From Bacteroidota bacterium (GTDB taxonomy: Bacteria; Bacteroidota; Bacteroidia; Bacteroidales; WCHB1-69): a DNA stretch of 64,000 nucleotides. The notes under the pieces were generated by a model. That model was given only the letters and a program-made list of their open reading frames with translations. It did not search any database and had not been told where the DNA came from. Shown here in pieces: positions 27,871 to 37,615 of this stretch. Both the position numbers and the translations under genes were made by a program. The stretch covers positions 17,151 to 81,150 of the forward strand of contig JAKPTX010000117.1 of the NCBI GenBank assembly GCA_029570835.1, read 5' to 3'. The first letter of the stretch is position 1. Every line of letters starts with the position of its first letter.

Positions 27871-28248
27871 ATGAACATGCCAAGTAATCTTAAATTTACA
27901 GAAGACCACGAATGGGTTGTTATTGAAGGTGATATTGCTATTGTAGGTGTAACTGCTTATGCTGCCGATCAATTAGGAGATATCGTATTCGTTGACGTTG
28001 CAACTGTTGGAGAAACCCTCGATGGAGGAGAGATATATGGTTCAATTGAAGCTGTTAAAACTGTTTCTGATCTTTTCTTACCTATCGGTGGTGAAATTAT
28101 TGAGTTTAACGAAGAGGTGGAAGCAAATCCTGCTATTATTAATGAAGATCCGTACGGAGCCGGTTGGATTATCAAAATTAAACCTACCGATCCTGCTGAA
28201 ATGGATAACCTCCTCTCCCATGAAGAGTACTTAAAAATTACTGAATAG
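27871..28248 (+). CDS. gcvH: Glycine cleavage system H protein
   Basis: HEWV, LGDIVFV, EAVKTVSD lipoyl lysine, DPYGAGW. Confidence 0.96.
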   Translation: MNMPSNLKFTEDHEWVVIEGDIAIVGVTAYAADQLGDIVFVDVATVGETLDGGEIYGSIEAVKTVSDLFLPIGGEIIEFNEEVEANPAIINEDPYGAGWIIKIKPTDPAEMDNLLSHEEYLKITE

Positions 28249-28378
28249 TTAAAATTATTACTTTATTGTATTGTAAATATCGTAATATTTTGTATCTTTG
28301 CGCAATATTTATAATCCATTTAGAGTTATAATGATAAGACTAATAACCTATTCATAATTTTAAAAAACCGAGTACAAA

Positions 28379-29062
28379 ATGATTAGAAAAAAGTCCGACA
28401 AAGGAGACTTAGAAGTGAGACGCACCACCTTCCTATTGATAGGATTAGTTGTTGTTCTTGCTTTGGTTTACGCTGGGTTTGAACTGTTTGCTACAGCTGA
28501 ACGAGCCGCTGAGATGGTTCTCGCTGATGATGAAGTATTCGTGATTGTCGATGACGTCGTTCAAAATACGGATGTTCAACCTCCTCCCCCACCACCAGAC
28601 CCGATGCAAAACAAAGAGGTAGTCATTGAAGTGGTTGATAACCTGATAAAAGTACAACCCACTTTTGACTTCACGCAAGATTTTAGTTTTGACGAAGAGA
28701 TCCCTGATTTTGAAATCCAAATGGTTGAAGAGGAAGTTGATTTACCCCCACCAGTATATTGGGTTGAGGAAATGCCTGAGTTCCCCGGTGGAATGGATGC
28801 ACTACCCGAATATCTTAAAAAAGAGATCAGATATCCTGAAGTATGCCGTACTCTAGGTATCACAGGTGTGGTTCAAGTTGAATTTGTGGTTGAGCGTGAC
28901 GGTTCCATTAGTAACGTTAGGGTACTAGACCCGGTATATAAAGATCTTGATGCAGAAGCTGTACGTGTAATCTCGGGATTCCCTAAATGGAAACCGGGAA
29001 AACAAATGGGTAAACCTGTTCGTGTATTTTACCAAATTCCTATCAGATTTACTTTGAACTAG
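28379..29062 (+). CDS. tonB: Energy transducer TonB, copy 1
   Basis: N-terminal TM, poly-Pro linker, MPEFPGG..YP..WKPG TonB C-domain. Confidence 0.9.
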   Translation: MIRKKSDKGDLEVRRTTFLLIGLVVVLALVYAGFELFATAERAAEMVLADDEVFVIVDDVVQNTDVQPPPPPPDPMQNKEVVIEVVDNLIKVQPTFDFTQDFSFDEEIPDFEIQMVEEEVDLPPPVYWVEEMPEFPGGMDALPEYLKKEIRYPEVCRTLGITGVVQVEFVVERDGSISNVRVLDPVYKDLDAEAVRVISGFPKWKPGKQMGKPVRVFYQIPIRFTLN

Positions 29063-29082
29063 CAGTTTCTGTTATGGTAATT

Positions 29083-29116
29083 AAAAAGCTCTCAATAATT
29101 TGAGAGCTTTTTTTTT
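29083..29116 (+). terminator. Rho-independent terminator
   Basis: AAAAGCTCTCA-loop-TGAGAGCTTTT plus T-run. Confidence 0.85.
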
Positions 29117-29272
29117 GAAACTAATCTCATGAAAAGTACTCATCAATTGTCGAATGATTAAAATTATTACTTTTCACGTTAAAATTGATTCTTTGTACAA
29201 CATTTATTACCCAAATGGAGTTATAATACTAAGATAAGTAACCTATCCATAATTTGAAAACCCGAGTACAAA

Positions 29273-29962
29273 ATGATTAGAAAAAAATCCAACAGAGGAG
29301 ACTTGGAGGTCAGACGCACTACCTACCTATTAATCGGGTTGGTTGTTGTTTTGGCCCTTGTTTACGCTGGGTTTGAACTGTTTGCTGCTGCTGAACGAAG
29401 CCCTGAAATGGTTTTTGCTGATGATGAGGTATTCGTGATGGTTGAAGATGATATTGTAAGCACAGACGTTCAACCCCCTCCCCCACCACCGGATCCGGTA
29501 CAACACAGAGATGTAATCCTTGTAACGGTGAGTAACCTGATAGATGTACATCCTATTACTGACCTTTTTCCACCAGAGTGGGACCCCTATGCTGATATCC
29601 CTGATTATGATGACATCAAGCCTGTCGAACCAGAGGTTGATTTACCACCTCCGGAATATTGGGTCGATGAGATGCCTGAGTTCCCCGGTGGAATGGAAGC
29701 ATTACCCACATATCTTAAAAGAGAGGTTAGATATCCTGAACCATGTCGTGCTTTGGGTATTACAGGGGTAGTGCATGTTGAGTTTGTGGTTGAACGTGAC
29801 GGTTCAATTAGCAATGTTAAAGTGCTGGAGCCGGTGTATAGAGATCTTGACGCAGAAGCTGTACGTGTAATCTCAGAATTCCCTAGGTGGAAACCCGGGG
29901 AAAAAATGGGAAAACCTGTTCGTGTATTTTACCAAATTCCTATCAGATTTACTTTAAACTAA
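29273..29962 (+). CDS. tonB: Energy transducer TonB, copy 2 (tandem paralog)
   Basis: Highly similar to 28379-29062, including flanks. Confidence 0.9.
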   Translation: MIRKKSNRGDLEVRRTTYLLIGLVVVLALVYAGFELFAAAERSPEMVFADDEVFVMVEDDIVSTDVQPPPPPPDPVQHRDVILVTVSNLIDVHPITDLFPPEWDPYADIPDYDDIKPVEPEVDLPPPEYWVDEMPEFPGGMEALPTYLKREVRYPEPCRALGITGVVHVEFVVERDGSISNVKVLEPVYRDLDAEAVRVISEFPRWKPGEKMGKPVRVFYQIPIRFTLN

Positions 29963-29982
29963 CAGTTTCTGTTATAATGATT

Positions 29983-30015
29983 AAAAAAGCTCTCGATATG
30001 TTGGGAGCTTTTTTT
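29983..30015 (+). terminator. Rho-independent terminator
   Basis: AAAAAGCTCTC-loop-GGGAGCTTTTTTT, paralogous to 29083. Confidence 0.8.
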
Positions 30016-30109
30016 ATGAATATAAGAATCAATCCTTAGAAAATGCAGAATTAAGTTTTAGAAATGTCAAAAAATTAATGTATTTTTGCGGGTCATATAA
30101 AAAGCTCTT

Positions 30110-31060
30110 ATGGTAAGCAGACGTTATTTGAGAATCAAGGTAATGCAGGAGATATTTGCATTTAAAGCTAATGAAAAGGGGAACCTTGAGCAGGCAGAAA
30201 AAAAGTTGGATCATGCCATTCAGGGGTGTTATACTCTTTTTTGTTACTTTTTTTCACTCTTCCCTGAACTCAAAAGATATAGACTCAATAAGCTGGAAGA
30301 TCTTAAAACTAAATTTAAACCTACTTATGATGATCTTCACCCTAATAGAAAATTTGTTGATAATTTGGTGATTGACCAAATAGAAAACAACATTACACTT
30401 AACCGACTGTGGAATAATTTGAGAATCAATTGGGATGATCAAGGTGATTTTATAGCTCAGATTTTTCAAGAAATTGCCAAAGAGGAGTTCTATACACTAT
30501 ATTTAAATGATAAAAACTCAAGTTATATTCAGGATCAGGAGTTTCTTCTAGATGTGATTGAAACCTGCTTCGCTAACAGTGAACTACTACATTGGCATTT
30601 TCAAGAGATGAATCTCCATTGGTTTGATGACTACAACGAAGCTTTGTTAATGTTTTATAAAAACATCAAACAATTTAAAGAAAACAAGGGAAATGAAAAT
30701 AAAATTTTCCCTCTCTTTAAGAATGCAACTGAAGATAAAGAGTTCTACAAAAATCTATTCCAAAATACATTACTCAATGATGATCAATATGACACCATTA
30801 TAGAAAATAAATTACAAAATTGGGAGTTGGAAAGACTTAATGGAATCGATATCATTCTAATGAAAATGGCTATCACTGAGTTCCAGCACTTTCATGATAT
30901 CCCCATTAAAGTAACTATTAATGAGTATATTGAGTTGGCAAAATGGTACAGCTCCAATAAAAGCGGTGCATTTATCAATGGGTTATTGGATCAAATTGTA
31001 CTGACTCTCAAAGAGGAAGGGAAAATTACCAAAATGGGAAAAGGATTATTAAATAATTGA
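30110..31060 (+). CDS. nusB: Transcription antitermination factor NusB (long Bacteroidota form)
   Basis: RRYLRIKVMQ, IPIKVTINEYIELAKWYS, FINGLLD. Confidence 0.92.
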   Translation: MVSRRYLRIKVMQEIFAFKANEKGNLEQAEKKLDHAIQGCYTLFCYFFSLFPELKRYRLNKLEDLKTKFKPTYDDLHPNRKFVDNLVIDQIENNITLNRLWNNLRINWDDQGDFIAQIFQEIAKEEFYTLYLNDKNSSYIQDQEFLLDVIETCFANSELLHWHFQEMNLHWFDDYNEALLMFYKNIKQFKENKGNENKIFPLFKNATEDKEFYKNLFQNTLLNDDQYDTIIENKLQNWELERLNGIDIILMKMAITEFQHFHDIPIKVTINEYIELAKWYSSNKSGAFINGLLDQIVLTLKEEGKITKMGKGLLNN

Positions 31061-31521
31061 TTAAAATGATGCAAAAATTTTTAATTTTTATTGTTTTATT
31101 ACTTCTTATTGCTGGGTGTGGAAGAAAAAGTTCTACTGAAATTGGTGTTGAGAGTATCAATAATCCTGCAACTGCAGAAGGTATTGATCCTGCACGTGCA
31201 GAAAGGATGCCGGTCATCACTTTCGAAAAAATAGTTCATGATTTTGGCTATGTTACCAAAGGTGAACGTTTAAGCTATAACTTCAAGTTTAAAAATACAG
31301 GAAACTCTGATTTAATTATCAGCTATGTTGAGTCCTCCTGTGGATGTACAACCTCATCACCTCCCAAAGCACCTATAAAACCGGGTGGTTCCGGAGAGAT
31401 TAAAGTTACTTTTGACTCTAAAACCAAAAGCGGTATCACTGAAAATCAAGTGATGATTGTCGCCAATACTTACCCTGTTAAAACCGTATTAACAGTGATT
31501 GCAGATGTTAAAAATCCATAA
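31057..31521 (+). CDS. DUF1573 domain lipoprotein
   Basis: IAGC lipobox, HDFG..FKFKNTG..SSCGCT; nusB-yajC context. Confidence 0.85.
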   Translation: MIKMMQKFLIFIVLLLLIAGCGRKSSTEIGVESINNPATAEGIDPARAERMPVITFEKIVHDFGYVTKGERLSYNFKFKNTGNSDLIISYVESSCGCTTSSPPKAPIKPGGSGEIKVTFDSKTKSGITENQVMIVANTYPVKTVLTVIADVKNP

Positions 31522-31537
31522 ATAAAAATTTAAAAGT

Positions 31538-31861
31538 ATGAACATGATTTCTTTATTATTATTCGCACCGGCCGGAGATGGAAAACAAGGAGGAGGTGGA
31601 TTTACAATGCTTATTTTCTTAGGATTGATGATCTTAATATTTTATTTTTTCATGATCCGTCCTCAACAAAAGAAACAGAAACAGATTCAACAATTTAGAG
31701 AAAATATCAAAAAAGGTGACAACATTATCACTATTGGCGGTATTCATGGCAAAGTAGTTGATGTAAAAGAGAACACCTTTGTTATAGAAGTCGCTGACAA
31801 CGTCAGAATGACTATTGAAAAAGCAGCTGTCGCTATTGATGGCAATGAAACCAAAAAATAA
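31538..31861 (+). CDS. yajC: Preprotein translocase subunit YajC
   Basis: FYFFMIRPQQKK, GDNIITIGGIHG. Confidence 0.95.
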   Translation: MNMISLLLFAPAGDGKQGGGGFTMLIFLGLMILIFYFFMIRPQQKKQKQIQQFRENIKKGDNIITIGGIHGKVVDVKENTFVIEVADNVRMTIEKAAVAIDGNETKK

Positions 31862-31881
31862 TCCTCTCGGATCTGATCAAA

Positions 31882-32298
31882 ATGAACAAACAAAGTCCTA
31901 AAACAATATTGACCTCCACAACATTCCTGATTTGCTTTATCATTGCGGTTTTGGGGTGGTTCGTTATTACATTTTCCAAAGAATATGTCCAAACCTTACC
32001 TTGTGAGGTTGTTCTGCATGAGATTCCGGAGAATGTTAAAACTATTTCAACTTCCGACTCTGTTGTTCTTATCACTTTTAAAGCAAAAGGGTTCAATTAT
32101 TTAAAAAACAGTTTTACTGATAAATACACTACTCTCAATCTTTCAGTTACTAATTTAACCGCAAAAAAAGGGAAAAAGAATGTGTATGCTTTTTCAAAAA
32201 GAGAACTCAGCAGTTATATTAAAGAGTATTCCCTGTACGGTAACTCATTTGTTGAAATTGAGAAGCCGGAATCTCTTTCAATATATATTAAAAGATAA
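31882..32298 (+). CDS. Short YbbR/CdaR-like membrane-anchored protein
   Basis: TM ending W..FSKEY; located between yajC and coaE. Confidence 0.55.
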   Translation: MNKQSPKTILTSTTFLICFIIAVLGWFVITFSKEYVQTLPCEVVLHEIPENVKTISTSDSVVLITFKAKGFNYLKNSFTDKYTTLNLSVTNLTAKKGKKNVYAFSKRELSSYIKEYSLYGNSFVEIEKPESLSIYIKR

Positions 32299-32301
32299 AT
32301 C

Positions 32302-32823
32302 ATGATTAAGATTGTTTTAACCGGAGGAATAGGAACCGGGAAAACCCATTTATCAAAACATTTTATTGAAATGGGTATTCCCGTTTTTTATGCTGATGAA
32401 GAGGCTAAAAAGTTATATTCAGAACCTGAAGTAATCCGTTTTTTTTCCTCTACTTTTGGAAATATAGTGCTCTCAGATGGGAAGATAGATTTTAAAAAAC
32501 TAAGTGACCTGATCTTTTCTGACGAGAAGGCAAGAGCCAAGGTGAATCAATATATTCATCCTCTGCTTTTTGAAAGTTTTAATCAATGGGGGAAAAAGCA
32601 AAAGTGCAACATTATCATGATGGAAAGCGCTATTGTTTTTGAAGCGGGTCTGGATCACCACTTTGACAAAATTATTGTTGTGGATTCCCCCATGGAGGTG
32701 CGATTGGAGCGGATTCGTAAAAAGTATCCACATTGGAGTGAGGATGAGATCCAAAAAAGAATTACCACCCAACTCTCTCAAGAAGAAAAGTGTAAACGAG
32801 CTGACCTTATACTCCTAAACTAA
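32302..32823 (+). CDS. coaE: Dephospho-CoA kinase
   Basis: LTGGIGTGKT, ADEEAK, IHP, ESAIVFE. Confidence 0.93.
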   Translation: MIKIVLTGGIGTGKTHLSKHFIEMGIPVFYADEEAKKLYSEPEVIRFFSSTFGNIVLSDGKIDFKKLSDLIFSDEKARAKVNQYIHPLLFESFNQWGKKQKCNIIMMESAIVFEAGLDHHFDKIIVVDSPMEVRLERIRKKYPHWSEDEIQKRITTQLSQEEKCKRADLILLN

Positions 32824-32825
32824 GT

Positions 32826-33767
32826 TTAACGTGTCAATGCTGCTGCTCCTAAAATGGCAACATCATTGGTGGGTAATGAGGAGAGTAGAATAGGAATCTC
32901 TCTATCATAAATAAAGAGTTTATGTTTCTTGAAAGACCTTCGGATTGGATCCAGGAACACCTCTCCTGCCTGAATTGGACCACCCATTAGAAAGATTGCT
33001 TCAGGAGAAGAGAAAGTAACAGCATTGGCTAATGCAATACCCAGTAGATATCCTGTCCTTTCATAAGTTGCTATAGCTAATGGATCATTTTGTTTAGCAG
33101 CATCCGAGACAGTTTTACCGGTCATCACTTCAAAAGGAATAGAGCATAAAATTGAATCGGGAAATTGCGGCATCAATTCCAGACAATTGAGAACAATACC
33201 ACTTGTTGATGCATATTTTTCTACACATCCTTTATTTCCACAACTACACTGTCTTCCTTCAGGGATGAGAATAGCGTGACCCATCTCCCCGGCTAAACCA
33301 TCGGCACCATAGACCAATTTCCCATCAATAACGATGCCGCTACCAATGCCTGTCCCGAGAGTGTACATAATAAAATGAGACATCCCTTTAGCCCCCCCAT
33401 ATATCATCTCTCCATAAGTAGCCGCATTAGCATCATTAGTAACTACCACTTTAAAAGGAAAGCGCTCCTCAAACAAAGATCGAATGGGAACCACCCCTTT
33501 AAAATTCAAATTTGTAGCATTTTCAATATTCCCTGAATAATAATTAGTAGCCGGAGCTCCAATTCCTATCCCTGAAACTAACGCTACATCTACATTTTTA
33601 AGCAGTTGTTTAATCTGCTCCGAAATCTGATCCACATAAACTACAGGATCATGAAAATCAGCAGTCTTAATATTAGCTCTACTGATCACCTTTCCACTTC
33701 CGTTAACTAAACCGATATCTGTATTGGTTCCTCCAATATCGATCCCGATTGAAAATATCTCATTCAT
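32826..33767 (-). CDS. ROK-family sugar kinase (glucokinase-like)
   Basis: GIDIGGT, NDANAA, TLGTGIGSG, GEMGH, CSCGNKGCVE. Confidence 0.92.
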   Translation of the reverse strand: MNEIFSIGIDIGGTNTDIGLVNGSGKVISRANIKTADFHDPVVYVDQISEQIKQLLKNVDVALVSGIGIGAPATNYYSGNIENATNLNFKGVVPIRSLFEERFPFKVVVTNDANAATYGEMIYGGAKGMSHFIMYTLGTGIGSGIVIDGKLVYGADGLAGEMGHAILIPEGRQCSCGNKGCVEKYASTSGIVLNCLELMPQFPDSILCSIPFEVMTGKTVSDAAKQNDPLAIATYERTGYLLGIALANAVTFSSPEAIFLMGGPIQAGEVFLDPIRRSFKKHKLFIYDREIPILLSSLPTNDVAILGAAALTR

Positions 33768-35035
33768 TTTTGTAAATTTATAGTTGTAGTTCCAATTAAT
33801 TTATCGTAAGAAGTTCCCTCTTCTCTCAAGTAAACTAACACAGTATACATATTCTGCGTTTGCCAATGAGAACCCTCAATATAAGTTTCATCAATTATCG
33901 TTGACCCCTTGGGAACATACACATATTGATAATTATAAAAACCCTGTTTCAAATATAGTGCTGTTTCCCAATAATGGGTATCCGGATTATAAATTAATTT
34001 TGCATCAGGATCTAAATTCCAATCAGTCAACTCTCCAAAAACATAAACATCTCCCTTTGAAAAATCATAATCTGACTTTAAGGAAAAATAAGTTAACACA
34101 TAATCCTCCGTATTTTCACCTTTAAAATCAAGATTTTTCCAATAGCATGCTCCTTGCAATGTCGGATCTGTTTCGTAAACTCCAAAAGGTCGTGCAATAT
34201 CCTCCATCACATAGGCTTGATTGATCCTATCTCTGAAGTTAATAGATACAATTCGATCTGATAAATTGCGTAAAGTACGAATATCAAATCTCCTAAATTC
34301 CGATCCTCCGGAAAAGAGTGTTTTATTCAGCTGTTCATACTGAAAGCTAAACTCTCCGGGTTTCAGAGAACGGTAAGTCAAACCCATAATTGCATTATCC
34401 CATCTGCCGTTTTGCACGATGGTGGCATGTAAATAAAGGGCCGGATTTCTAATAATATAATTCCCGGAATAAACAATAAAATCGACCTGCTGTTTGGTCT
34501 CTTTATAATTTACATCCGTGGCAGCTTCCACACGTGCCGATATACCTACTGTGGAAGGTTCCACCACCATAATACGACGTGTTAACACCGGATGATTGAT
34601 GTCAGTATCATACACGACTAATAAATAGTTCCCCGACTTGGTAATTCGCAACAAATCTGTTGGAAAAATTAATTCATAATGAGTATAATGTTGGATTGTG
34701 TTAAACGAAAAAGTATAATTTACAACCTCATCCTCCATAAAACCATCCAAATACTCTATAGGATTAAGAGCGGAGTATTGCCAATCATGGGTACAGTGAA
34801 TAAGGGTATATTTTAGGTAGCGATCATATTGTTCTAAATCATCAAAAACCAATTTCAACTTTTCATTACTATTGAGCGTAATGATCGGCAATCCAAATTG
34901 TACATCCTGGTTGGTAATTTTGACACTGAATATATCCTGATCAAAGATTTGATTCACGGGATCAAAAAGGTATGTTTGTTGTGCCGAAACAAACAGAGGA
35001 ATGATCCAGATTAAAAAAAATATCCGGTATTTCAT
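33764..35035 (-). CDS. DUF5103 / type IX secretion system plug-like protein
   Basis: Signal peptide; FDDL..Y.L.HC..DW, SFNT..YTHY, SGNYLL, LKQGFYNYQY. Confidence 0.75.
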   Translation of the reverse strand: MKYRIFFLIWIIPLFVSAQQTYLFDPVNQIFDQDIFSVKITNQDVQFGLPIITLNSNEKLKLVFDDLEQYDRYLKYTLIHCTHDWQYSALNPIEYLDGFMEDEVVNYTFSFNTIQHYTHYELIFPTDLLRITKSGNYLLVVYDTDINHPVLTRRIMVVEPSTVGISARVEAATDVNYKETKQQVDFIVYSGNYIIRNPALYLHATIVQNGRWDNAIMGLTYRSLKPGEFSFQYEQLNKTLFSGGSEFRRFDIRTLRNLSDRIVSINFRDRINQAYVMEDIARPFGVYETDPTLQGACYWKNLDFKGENTEDYVLTYFSLKSDYDFSKGDVYVFGELTDWNLDPDAKLIYNPDTHYWETALYLKQGFYNYQYVYVPKGSTIIDETYIEGSHWQTQNMYTVLVYLREEGTSYDKLIGTTTINLQK

Positions 35036-35098
35036 AATAAGCACTTTAACCCGCAAATATACTGAATTAACCTAATACAATCGGAACTTTTTAAAAAA

Positions 35099-35863
35099 TT
35101 ATTGACACAAAACAAAAAGATCGTCTCTTTCATTCAAACAGAGTACCGGTACTCCTTCCGAATTTCCAATAATTTTAGATTCTTTGGGTCCGAATAGCCA
35201 ATCAATCAAACCGAAAAATCGAGTCATTATAATCAAAGTAACTCCTGCTCCCTCTCGCATCGCATAAGAAACCGACTCCTGATCTATATGCATCGAAGCC
35301 TGTTGAGGTTCAATGGTGTAATCTACCTCCAAATTCATAAAGAGTTTCTCAATAAAACTAAGATTATTGTCCACCTTCTTCTGCGTAACCTCCTCCTTAT
35401 GTTGAGTGTGGATTACTCGAATCTCCGCTTTAATATCCTGTTTTTTATAAAAGCGAACAAAATAACTCGCCCACATTGCCTTCTCTTTTGCTTGTCTATC
35501 CACATCCACAGGAAGAATCACCTTTTGATACCCTGTAGGAAGAGGAAGAGCCTCTCCAACAACCAATACTGGAATTCGGGATCCCCTGATAAAATAGATT
35601 CCCTTTTTTACTGTGAAAAAACTTTGTACCCTACCTTTTATTCTCTTGGTTGGATCTGAAATCCCCATCACAAAAAGAATCACATTTTGTGCTTCAGCGT
35701 ATATATAAAGTTGCTCCGGAAGAAATCGTTTGTCCATCATGATCACTTCCATCTCAGATTGAAACAGTTGCGCCATCAATTGACCATGCTCCCGGGCAGC
35801 TGTTCCTGCTAAAGAATGATCCGACAATACCAATATTTTTGTTTTTTTAACCTCTTCTTTCAT
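35099..35863 (-). CDS. Universal stress protein family (tandem Usp domains)
   Basis: KILVLSD, IPVLVV, KVILPVD, VPVLCLN. Confidence 0.75.
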   Translation of the reverse strand: MKEEVKKTKILVLSDHSLAGTAAREHGQLMAQLFQSEMEVIMMDKRFLPEQLYIYAEAQNVILFVMGISDPTKRIKGRVQSFFTVKKGIYFIRGSRIPVLVVGEALPLPTGYQKVILPVDVDRQAKEKAMWASYFVRFYKKQDIKAEIRVIHTQHKEEVTQKKVDNNLSFIEKLFMNLEVDYTIEPQQASMHIDQESVSYAMREGAGVTLIIMTRFFGLIDWLFGPKESKIIGNSEGVPVLCLNERDDLFVLCQ

Positions 35864-35866
35864 AAT

Positions 35867-36580
35867 TTAATCGGAATAAAGTCCCTTAACGGTTGATTTT
35901 ACTGGAATATAATCTTTCAAATAGAATGGTTCAAAATAGGCAGTATCTTCAAACTCTTGTTTTCGATATTTTTCCAAAACAGGCTGAATCATATTTTGGG
36001 CAGATAGGGTGGCATCCGAAAAGAGAGCGTTAGTGTTCCTTTTCATCAACGATTTAAATTTAGCACTCCCATTACCACAAAATAGAATCGCTTCTTTTTC
36101 CAGAAATTCCCGAAATGAGTTCTCATCCAAAACTTCTGAGTGTATCTCATTAAGTCGGACTCCATTCCAGTCATAAAGCGTGGTATAAACCTCCATCCTT
36201 CTGGCATCAATCATAGGAGCGATCCGGTATTGATCCGGAGTAGCAACACTCTTTTTTGCACCCAAAGCAATATTTAAGAGCGTGGAGATTGCAATCACCG
36301 GTATCTCCATTGCATACGCCAATCCTTTCACTGTGGAAACCCCGATTCGAAGTCCGGTATAAGACCCCGGACCGATACTTACTGCTACGGCATCCAGGTC
36401 GGATGTTTTGAGTTGATTCCTTTCCAACACCTCATTAATCAACTGCATCAATTTTTCTGCATGAGAAAAACTTTGGTCATAATCAATCACTTGAAGAAGA
36501 CGATCTCCCCGGGATAAAGCAACAGAACAAACCTCAGTAGCAGTTTCTACATGTAAAATAAGTGGATTATTTTTTATCAT
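35867..36580 (-). CDS. tsaB: tRNA threonylcarbamoyladenosine biosynthesis protein TsaB
   Basis: ETATEVCSVA, GPGSYTGLRIG, DARRMEVY, EPFYLK. Confidence 0.94.
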   Translation of the reverse strand: MIKNNPLILHVETATEVCSVALSRGDRLLQVIDYDQSFSHAEKLMQLINEVLERNQLKTSDLDAVAVSIGPGSYTGLRIGVSTVKGLAYAMEIPVIAISTLLNIALGAKKSVATPDQYRIAPMIDARRMEVYTTLYDWNGVRLNEIHSEVLDENSFREFLEKEAILFCGNGSAKFKSLMKRNTNALFSDATLSAQNMIQPVLEKYRKQEFEDTAYFEPFYLKDYIPVKSTVKGLYSD

Positions 36581-36600
36581 TTGAGTTCCATTTAAAAAAA

Positions 36601-37542
36601 TTAAGCATAAAACCATCTACTCATGGTTTCTTCTTTCCAGTTTCGGGTCAACGCCACAAAGATATAAGTAATTATGAAAGCATAGATCAATCTGAAGATA
36701 AAAACACCGGAATAGTGAGCTCCAATAGAAATCATCAACAGGGAATCCTCAATCAAACTATGACAGAGCGACATCAACAGTAAAGCATTAAAGAGATCTC
36801 TTTTATTGAGTTGACTTTGCTCTACTTCATTGATAATCAGGGCACCTCCATACGCTAATCCCATTGTCATTCCCAACACAGTGATAGGTATCAGTTCCTG
36901 AGAGATTCCCAACCATTTCAAAATAGGAGAAAAGAGCTTATTAATAAACCGAATCAAACCACTTCTTTTCAAGAGATCCAGCAGGATTATGAGCAGCACG
37001 ATAATAATGAAAATCAGCAAATAATTTCTTAATTCCCCGATGAACCATCCCCCCCAAGATTGATTCTTATCTTGCATAACAATCTGAGTAACATTTTCTG
37101 GAGAATAATCCAACCAACCACCCATTCGATAGATATGATATATCAACACTCCTCCCAGCAAGGCAAAGAGAAAACGAGCTAAAAAAAGGGCATACACTTT
37201 CCCTCCTGATTTTCGGGTAACCCCTAGCTCAATAGGGAGTGCATGAGCGATCAGAATCACTGTTGACAAAGTTGTAATTTGCGCTACTGTCAGCGTAGGA
37301 GCAATCGCAAAATAGGCAATCAGACCGGCATAAATATTCCCCAACATGGCAGAAGCCCATACAAGCCCCATCTCTCCGGGAAGTCCCATCCAGCCCATCA
37401 GGGGTGCCAAAGCATCTCCGATATGGTTAATCATACCCGTTTCTTGCAATATTTTCACTACAATAGAAACAGGAATCATGATTTTAAATATCTTCAATGC
37501 ACTCTTCCAACCTTGTGCCAACCATGTATACAACAATTTCAT
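36601..37542 (-). CDS. Nucleoside-recognition Gate-domain membrane protein
   Basis: Multi-TM; LAPLMGWMGLPGE, GLAYGG, CHSLIED. Confidence 0.75.
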   Translation of the reverse strand: MKLLYTWLAQGWKSALKIFKIMIPVSIVVKILQETGMINHIGDALAPLMGWMGLPGEMGLVWASAMLGNIYAGLIAYFAIAPTLTVAQITTLSTVILIAHALPIELGVTRKSGGKVYALFLARFLFALLGGVLIYHIYRMGGWLDYSPENVTQIVMQDKNQSWGGWFIGELRNYLLIFIIIVLLIILLDLLKRSGLIRFINKLFSPILKWLGISQELIPITVLGMTMGLAYGGALIINEVEQSQLNKRDLFNALLLMSLCHSLIEDSLLMISIGAHYSGVFIFRLIYAFIITYIFVALTRNWKEETMSRWFYA

Positions 37543-37615
37543 CTGAAAAGATCTAAAATAGTTGGCAAAAATACATGATTTTTTCCTATATTTGCCATCT
37601 CAACCAAATATTACT

